Source of the DNA: Nemertoderma westbladi
Lineage: Eukaryota > Animalia > Xenacoelomorpha
NCBI GenBank assembly: GCA_032718475.1
Contig: JAUCBJ010001962.1
Coordinates: 1 to 39,572 of the forward strand
Length of the DNA stretch: 39,572 nt
Direction: 5' to 3'
Below the pieces are notes generated by a model. The model was not told the origin of the DNA, ran no database searches, and was given only the letters and a program-made list of their open reading frames with translations. Positions 32,093-39,572 of the stretch are shown in pieces. Within the stretch, counting starts at the first letter, position 1. Every line of letters starts with the position of its first letter. The position numbers were made by a program, and so were the translations under genes.

Positions 32093-34080
32093 ATGGCGGA
32101 GAAACTTGTCCAAAAGAGAAAGGTGGAGTTGGGAGGAAAGGAGATACTGGTGGATTTCACCGAGAGGCATCCGGAAGAGAAGACAAGGGGATACTACGAG
32201 CAGTTAGAGAGGGGTCACAAAGCGCGAGCGCTGTAGGACCATTTCAGGGAGGTGCACGAACAGCGGCTGGTCGGGACCTACGGGACACCGTTGCTAGATA
32301 ACGCAATCTTCAAGCATTTCCACTACGTGGTGAAGGGAGACGAGGCAAAGTTTGGGATACCGAAGTATCCAAAGGAACCACCGAGAAAGGACTGGAAGAG
32401 GTTCGTAGAGTCCGTCAGCAGGGGAGGATACATGGTCCTAGATGATGAGGGGACCGTGGAGGATGAGGAAGGTTTGAGGAGAGGGTCGGCGGGGTCGGCC
32501 AGAACCATACTCCTACATTTCGCCACGCCAAATGGGGACATTTTTCTGTTCGACCTGGGAACGTATGGGAAGAAGAACGGGCCGAAGTTGAACCGGTTGC
32601 CAAAGGCGGTGCAAGCCCTAGTAAGAGAGAAGACGACGATAAAGGTGGGATCGGCGATCCGCGATGATGCGGAGAGGATCATCAGTCCGGAGACCCACAA
32701 CCTCCTGGACATGTAGACGGTCTACATGGCTATAACAGCACCAGGCGGGTTGGGGCTAGTAGAGAACGCAGGCCATTGTGGAGCGGTGGTGATGGGCCAG
32801 CTAATGGGGCTCGTGTGTCAATTCAGAGAGGAGTATGGTTGGCGAACTCGCTGAAGTGGGGAGCGAGACCAGGGAAGCAAGAGGTCTATCAATTCCGGAG
32901 AGGAGCGATAAAGGTATATCAGAAGCGATATATCCTACAGGAGGACTGGATAATGATAGGTTTGCTAAACCTATTCATGACCGTGGTTATCGAGAGAGAA
33001 CCAATGGCATTCCTGCTATCGGGATCACCCCTGAACTACAGAAGAGCCTTCAAAGTGGCTTTCGAGGGTCTGGTAGACCACCCGGGGCTGAAGGGCGAGT
33101 CGGTATACTATATCTGCCGATATCTAGTAGATGGGGAGGTGGATACGCTATATCAGAGGTGGGAACAGCTAGAGGCGGATAGACATGAGGCGAAGCGATT
33201 GGAAGAAATCGCTAGGAGAGAAAGGAGGGAGGCAGAAGAAAGGGAGGAGGAAGCTAGCGCAGAGAGCTATGGATTCGAGGAACAGGCGGCCTTAGACGAG
33301 CTACACTGGACATCAGGGAGTTCGGGCGAGTCTCTAGGGCGAGAATTGGGGTGGACGGTGGGATCACCGAAACAGTCGACATCGGGATTGCAGACGACGC
33401 CCATACCAGCGGGCGCCAAGGGCGATTTCGCACAGAGGAGGCCAGGGGAACTGGAAGGATGGAGTCACGGGCGAGAGCCAAGGTGGGAAGGGTCACAGTG
33501 GATCCACCGGGATACCGGGATTGGAGCCACTCGCAGAGGAGGACGAGGATGACGACAAGTTCGGAGAGATGCCGCCCATCGGGAGAATCGGCCACTCGGA
33601 CACGGACTGGGTTAGCGGGAGGGTGGTGACGGCCAGCGGGGCGAGGGCCTTTTGGGATAGACCCGGCAAGTGGGCCTGGGTGCATGAGGAGATAGACGTG
33701 GACAGGGACGCTAACATCCAGAAGTTCGCTTACCAGCGACTCCATAGACCGAGGAGATCGCTTGGGATGAAAGACGACGTGGGGCGGGAGGCATTGGTAC
33801 TCGGCTGTGATTACTGCGGGAGGCAGACTCACCAGGAAAGGAGCTGCTTGTACCGATTCCAGAAAGGGACTAGCTGTCTCTACTGCCACGAGTCGAGTCA
33901 CATGATGGGGGCATGTCCACGGTTGCACATCCGGTGTTCTAAGTGCAACTTCCGGGGGCACTACGGACGCCAGTGTGACTGGATGGACGACGAGGAGAAG
34001 TTTAGGATTTTCGAGGAGTGGGCTGATGTCAGCGCCATGACCCGACAGCGGATGAAGGCCCAGGAATTCCGGAATTCCGG
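32093..34080 (+). pseudogene. Accessory ORF of A2: DEDD(y)-type 3'-5' exonuclease plus three CCHC knuckles
   Basis: MVLDDEG; LLHFATPNGDIFLFDL; LPKAVQALVREKTTIKVGSAIRDD..LLDM; RYILQE; CDYCGRQTHQERSC, CLYCHESSHMMGAC, CSKCNFRGHYGRQC. Stops at 32234 and 32714 plus frameshifts. Confidence 0.85.
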
Positions 34081-34720
34081 AATTCAGGAAATGTGCGCAC
34101 GTTTGCGACAAATAGTTCATCGCTAGTGAAAACCAAATCTAGATTACTCGAGCCACGGGTAGGCTCGTGTTGTAACTGGGTTAAACTTGATTCTAACAGC
34201 AGCGCTGCGACGCGTTCATAAAGTTCGGTATTTGGGTAGATACTTTCCTTCCAGTTGAACAAAGGAAGATTGAAATCGCCAGTGATAACGCACGGGTAGT
34301 TAACATCCGATAGTAAAGACAGTGCATCGCATAGTAAGCTGCTGTTATCTGGAATCAGTAAACGCGATGGGGGTCGGTAGGCGCACACGAATCTGGACGG
34401 CGCTTTTCCAAGTAGATCGATGGCGACCACTTCGGCATCATTATAGGTGTTGGGTAGGTTTACCCGTACACAACGAAATTGATCGCGAACTAAAATTATG
34501 ACTCCACCACCATCCCTAGTTTTCCGGTCATTGCGAAACATATTAAAGTTTGTGCTAGATGTGATCATTGTATCGGGTATAGTCTCGTTCATCCATGTTT
34601 CTGTAATCGCGATGATGTCGTAACTAGTCTCCTTGAGAAATACTCCTAGATCTGACAGTTTATTTTTCAGCGAACGGGCGTTTAAGCAGCAGCAGTTTAG
34701 GATTGGTGTTTTTTTATGAT
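34081..34720 (-). pseudogene. LINE ORF2 apurinic-like endonuclease domain (truncated)
   Basis: LNARSLKNK, DIIAITETW, FRNDR..GGGV, YRPP, ITGDFNLP, PTRGSSNLDLVFT; breaks before the SDH motif. Confidence 0.92.
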
Positions 34721-34835
34721 TCTCTCCCCCTATTGGTTTTCCAAGGGCGGTGAGGCCTCCGATGAATTGTTGGTAGGATCCGAGACTGGTACATGGGTCC
34801 ACGTTTTATTGCGTTTCCATTTACCATCAGAGTGT

Positions 34836-35909
34836 TTAACGAATTTCCACACTGAACCGTCGGACCTTAGGCTGTAGCTTTCGAGAATGATCATCTTCAG
34901 ATTTTGCAGCTTTATTAAGGTCATAAACCTCTTTATTTCTATCTTTGATACGCGAGCGCTGTTCCGCTGATAGACTCGGGCGAACGCGGATCTTTTTACA
35001 TAAGTCTGATGATGATACATTTGCAGTCACATTCTTATGAAAGGTGCGGGCCCCCTGTTCGCTGTTGAACGAGACTTTTACGAGACGGTCATGGTTCCCA
35101 AGACGTCCCAGTCGGGACACTTCGACCACCGAAGACTTGTCAACCCCGGCCAACTCGCAGAGCTGAAGCACCGAATCTTTAACAGACACCTCGTTATCTT
35201 CCTTCAGTCGTGAAATAATGATCTCTTTCTTTAGCTGTTCTTTTTGGAAAACATCTTTTATGGACTTATCCACAGCTCTGGAAATTGGTGTACTGGGATC
35301 GGAAGAATGCCTGGGCTTTCCTTTTCCGCGTTGCACATTCCATCGCGAGGATACGTGTACATCTTCGTCCCCATCTAGCTCAGTTCTGAGTTCCAAAATT
35401 TCCGTTGATAGAGTAGACAGCCTAAGCGTTAAACTGTCACTCAACATTTCAATTTTGTCAGAAAGCGATGTGGCCGGGGTTCCCGGGGAATTGTAGGACT
35501 GGACTACCAATCTACCTCTTCCCTCACACTTATTGCACAGGATTTTACAGTTTACGCATTTGGCTAAGGTGGATACCTCAGTATTCGATAGTTTCAGGCA
35601 CGATCCATGGATCCAATGTCCACAGATTTCGCATCCAAGGCAGTTCTTACCTGCGACTTTCTTGTCACAGTGTGGACAAATGTCCATGGAGTTGACATTT
35701 ACCGAGTCGTTGTGGCAAGATGATGAGTGGAGGTCGTAGTCGCTCTTATTCGCGAACAGAGCACTGCAGATATCGCAGTTGTGTAGTTTCGACATATCTA
35801 TTTTGCCGCCGAGGCTAGGTCTTGGTGCTGAGGTGGTTGTCCCTCCAGGTACCGCCCCCGCCCCAGCCATGCTTAGTCGCGTCTGTGGTTGCTTGTTCTT
35901 TGGTGGCAT
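34836..35909 (-). CDS. LINE ORF1 protein (C2H2-like finger, PHD finger, coiled coil, RRM-like region)
   Basis: CPHC..CEICGHWIHGSC..CNKC (C4HC3); IIISRLKE..VSRLG..RLVKVSF..IRVRPSLS; probable frameshift near the C-terminus (~34890). Confidence 0.85.
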   Translation of the reverse strand: MPPKNKQPQTRLSMAGAGAVPGGTTTSAPRPSLGGKIDMSKLHNCDICSALFANKSDYDLHSSSCHNDSVNVNSMDICPHCDKKVAGKNCLGCEICGHWIHGSCLKLSNTEVSTLAKCVNCKILCNKCEGRGRLVVQSYNSPGTPATSLSDKIEMLSDSLTLRLSTLSTEILELRTELDGDEDVHVSSRWNVQRGKGKPRHSSDPSTPISRAVDKSIKDVFQKEQLKKEIIISRLKEDNEVSVKDSVLQLCELAGVDKSSVVEVSRLGRLGNHDRLVKVSFNSEQGARTFHKNVTANVSSSDLCKKIRVRPSLSAEQRSRIKDRNKEVYDLNKAAKSEDDHSRKLQPKVRRFSVEIR

Positions 35910-36179
35910 TGCAGCAGTACCGGTACGGTAGGTATTGTTGTATAATGCAGTAATGTATAACCATCCAGTTCACAGTTGCACCGTAGGCTGTAGGCTGTAG
36001 GGCTGTAGCCTTCAAAACCAGAATACAGTTTTTATATGCAACAGTCAGATATCTGTAGCAAAAAATATTGATAGAAATCATTTACCTTCTATTTTATTAT
36101 CATTTTATTTCCTTATTTTTTGACTGAACATATAAAATATAATATGCACCACTGAACCAACCACCCTCCTGGAATGCAG

Positions 36180-36450
36180 GTTCAATGCCCGATTCGGAAG
36201 TTATAGAAAATTCCCCTAGCATGTTTCTCTATCTTCAAACCGATGAAGATTTTAACAAGTTTGAAACGAAACTGAATGAGTCGGAGTTTTTTAATAAATT
36301 AGCTCTTGAAATATCTTTATTGGGTGGACCAGACGCCATGGCAACAGTTCGGGGAGCAATGAGGATGTGCCTATCCAATAACCTTGGGATGCTGTTCAAT
36401 TGGATTGGGACCAATAAAAAACGCGCATTTAAAGACACTAAGAAAGTGAT
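36180..36450 (+). CDS. DUF4806-like domain exon or fragment
   Basis: LLGGPD..TVRGAMRMCLSNNLG..FNWIGTNKKRAFKDT fits the DUF4806 pattern; candidate acceptor tgcag at 36175-36179. Confidence 0.55.
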
Positions 36451-36552
36451 TATTATATTTAAAAATATGTATTATTTTATTATATAATATGATACAATCT
36501 CAAAGTTATTTGCTTAAATTATTGTGAAATGTAGTATGTGAACTGTTATAAT

Positions 36553-36650
36553 ACGCCAATGGCGTAGTGGTTAAATACGTTACCTTGAATTCACATCTCT
36601 GCAGATGGTGCGGGTTGGATCCCCGCATGGGGGCCAGGGTACAGTAGTTT
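36553..36650 (+). mobile_element. tRNA-derived SINE head
   Basis: A box TGGCGTAGTGG (~36560) and B-box-like GGTTGGATCCCC (~36613); no complete cloverleaf. Confidence 0.5.
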
Positions 36651-36729
36651 GCATTTCGGCACAAATGCTTTAAAGGAACAAAGTTGCACTCCGCCCCCCC
36701 CCCCCCCACACCCCCATGACTTTCGCGAG

Positions 36730-36872
36730 ATTTTCCGCATGCCGTCACCATGCTTATTTTCTCCATGGGGCTGCCAAAGCACTAGATTGTGCACAGGCTG
36801 GTCCTCACGACGAAAGCAATGTCCTGCAAAGAGGAAGCGGCTTTGTTCTCGTGTCAAGCTTGAGGGATGCAA
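36730..36872 (-). pseudogene. 3' fragment of an RTE-like LINE reverse transcriptase ORF
   Basis: FAGHCFRREDQPVHNLVLWQPHG resembles the C-terminal motif of RTE-type ORF2. Confidence 0.55.
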
Positions 36873-36959
36873 TGGCCCGTATCAATAGAAAGCAGTATAT
36901 ATTTATTTTTGATATTTTATTTTGATATTTTGATATTTATGACGATGCCACAAGAACCA

Positions 36960-37650
36960 TAGCAGCTATATGGATAGCATTGACTAATACTCGGGACTTA
37001 GATCCTGAAAACGTTCTAGAACCACCTACAACAGACCCCGTTATTGAGGAAATCCGGAAGGTAGCCTTAAACGATAAGGCCTATCAGCAATTAGTTACTG
37101 AAATCCTAAGCAGCTTCACAACAGAAAATCACACCTCCGGATTCGTCCAACAATTTAAATCTATACATAACGAACTCTCTGTAGATAACGGCCTGGTATT
37201 ATATGGTCCACGCCTGGATATACCCGATGCGAAACGAGCCGAAATTCTAGAATGCCTATATGCCGCCCACCAGGGTATGAAGCGGACGAAACAAAGAGCA
37301 CGGTCCGCAGTCTACTGGCCGGGAATAAACAATGACATAATCCAAATGGTTCAGCAACGATCAGTGCCAAGAACGACTACCGAGCCTGCCGAAAGAGATG
37401 TTGGTTGCTGACCCACAGCCAACCAGACCCTTCGAACCCGCATTGACAGACCTATTCTCTCTTGTCGGCCGACACTACATTGTTTACACAGATTTATTAT
37501 CTGGTTATCCACTCGTTGGTCAATGGCGTAATGACCCAACATCACAACAAGTCATCAACGTGTTACGGAAATGTTTCATCGACTTAGGGGTTCCAACCAA
37601 ACTTCAAAGCGATGGAGGACCTCAATTCGCTGCATCCAACTTTAGGAAAA
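36960..37650 (+). pseudogene. Ty3/gypsy integrase fragment (H2C2 zinc finger and start of the rve core)
   Basis: ELSVDNGLVLYGPRL.IP..AHQGMKRTKQRARSAVYWPGINNDI; RPFE..TDLF..YTDLLSGYP..GVPTKLQSDGGPQF; frameshifted. Confidence 0.88.
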
Positions 37651-38621
37651 CCCAAACAGATCAGTTGACAGCAAGGCCTATAGCGCTAACTGGTACTGCA
37701 CCACTAGTACGGTAAAGTTACCAAATTATAGAGCGTGCTATTTGCACCTAGTGTACTCGCGCGCGTACTAGCAAACAGCACCAGCTCGCACCTGTAAGCG
37801 ATGCAGATCAATCGTGGGGTTTCTGTCTGGATCCGAGATATTTAACTCATAAATTTTACGGCGTCCTAGGACATTGTCACACTTCACCCTGATCTATGAT
37901 CTTACTGCGGGCAAAGGCATTGAACAAAGTCTTACTTCGGGCATGGGCACTCTCAGGCTGAAGCATCATGTTCCAGGTGGGCACAGGCAAATAGTGCGTG
38001 TTCATAAAGATGTATAAATATATATATTTACCGACTGAGATTTGAAGATTTGATTTTTTACGTGGTACTAATGTACAAATAGCTATCTAGAGTGAAATAT
38101 TTCCACATACTGTGTAATTATAATTATATACATTACTTAAATATTGTGCTAAGTGTTGTGGTTCTCTATATATAATCTATGCTATCTATGGCGTATTAAA
38201 ATGTAATAATAATAATAAAAATAATAATAATAATACTAATTATATAATTAACTCTAATGGTTAATAGTTAACAATAGTAGATTCGTTAACACTATTACCA
38301 CTGGGCGGGGGGGGGGGGGGGGGGGGGGGGGATCGGCCCCTTCCTAGTTTTTAGTTGCTGTAACTATGCAACCACATTACGTACCGGTCCAATTTTTATT
38401 GAGAATTAGCCAAATTTAATGCCGCATCTTTTCCAAAAACGACGTTGCAAGTGGATTTCTACTTTTCGATGTGGGTGCCACCTCAATATTTGATCTCCAG
38501 CACCAAATTTTTTGAAATTTTCGAATTTTACAAAGTCATTCGTGATTTAGTAATTATTTATGTTTGGGCTATCTTTATTTATTTTTATTGGTTTGGATCA
38601 CTCTAATGCTCTATATAACTA

Positions 38622-39290
38622 TATAAGTGTAGGGGTACGTCATTTTTGGAGCATACAAGTATGTAAGTGTAGTGGTACGTCATTTTTGGAGCATACAAGT
38701 ATGTAAGTGTAGTGGTACGTCATTTTTGGAGCACCAAAATTAGGGCGTGGCACTTCAAATTTTGAAAAATACGAGATTCGGAAAATACACTAAAGTTTTG
38801 ATTTCAAATCATTTTTATAGGTTTTCTGGATCGCTGAATCGATTGAAAGTAATATAGAAGCCTCAAATCCTGGTGTACGTAATTTTCGGTGCACCAAAAT
38901 TAGGGCGTGGCACTTCACATTTTCAAAATTACTTTATTCGGAAAAAAAACTAAAGTTTTGATTTAAAAAATGGCTAACCTTTAAGTCTTCAGGCTTCTAT
39001 ATTACTTTCAATCGATTCAGCGGTCTAGAAAACCTATATAAATGCGTTAAAATTTCAATTTTAGTTTATTTAATGAATCTCGTATTTTTCAAAATTTGAA
39101 GTGCCACGCCCTAATTTTGGTACACCAAAAATGGCAAACCACTCAGTCTTCAGGCTTCTATATTACTTTCAATCGATTCAGCGGCCCAGAAAACCCATAA
39201 AGATGCGTTGAAATAAAAAAATTAGGGGCATTTTCTGAATATCTAATTTTTTTCAAAATTTGAAGTGCCACGCCGACTTCTTAGGTGCAC
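38622..39290. repeat. 40-bp tandem repeat followed by a foldback array of ~160-bp units
   Basis: taagtgtag.ggtacgtcatttttggagcatacaagtatg x~3; gcaccaaaattagggcgtggcacttca at 38730 and 38891 with reverse complements at ~39096-39122 and ~39260. Confidence 0.8.
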
Positions 39291-39572
39291 GAAAAATAGC
39301 ATCCACTTCATTTTTTGGAAATGGAATATAATCACATTCGATTCAGCGTCTTGAAAAACCTACTAAATCTAGCCAACACTGCCACACTATTAGTTTTTAG
39401 AAAACGAAAAATTTTGTCCTGGGACTACTTTTATTTTTCATCAAAATTATGAGTCCCTGCTTATGAAATTTTAACTTTTTAAGGTTTGGTAGTGTTCATC
39501 TATAGTTGTTTCACCAACAGCCCAAATTTTGTAGGATTTCATTGGACGATTATAAAAATATAGTGGGTGGGC

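Larger units (their letters stand above)
24609..34080 (+). mobile_element. BEL/Pao family A copy A2, degenerate, 3' LTR missing
   Basis: 5' LTR, gag N-terminus, PR-RT-RH-IN order with Pao-specific motifs, then an accessory ORF truncated against a LINE. Confidence 0.92.
34081..36030 (-). mobile_element. LINE (CR1/L2-like) with 5' end present and RT missing
   Basis: PHD-finger ORF1 followed by an APE endonuclease; the 5' boundary is approximate. Confidence 0.85.

Noticed and set aside
36553-36650. Functional tRNA gene (also considered at 22815-22880)
   Set aside because: A/B boxes are present but no convincing cloverleaf or acceptor stem; better explained as SINE heads.

Overview
Eukaryotic (probably invertebrate) repeat-dense region made almost entirely of nested transposable elements. 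It holds a full-length piggyBac element with one nonsense codon (1868-4774) and a 38-bp satellite. There are three diverged copies of one BEL/Pao LTR family: A0 (LTR 369-984, minus), A1 (5517-~22107) and A2 (24609-~34080). A second, 13-kb BEL/Pao element, B (8320-21355, minus, ~99% identical LTRs, GGGAG target-site duplication), is inserted inside A1. Also present are a 3'-truncated PHD-ORF1/APE LINE, SINE copies, a gypsy integrase fragment, a WD40-like ORF cut by an LTR, a DUF4806-like exon and a foldback repeat. Two linked features stand out. (1) None of the four LTR-internal junctions has a TGG tRNA primer-binding site; each PBS slot is instead the exact reverse complement of a 9-12 nt segment inside its own LTR, with compensatory changes between copies, which suggests self-priming in BEL/Pao elements. 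(2) Both BEL/Pao families carry an extra ORF after pol encoding a DEDD-type 3'-5' exonuclease followed by three CCHC zinc knuckles; it is intact (1315 aa) in B even though B has lost PR/RT/RH/IN. All domain calls are by motif recognition; no database search was run.
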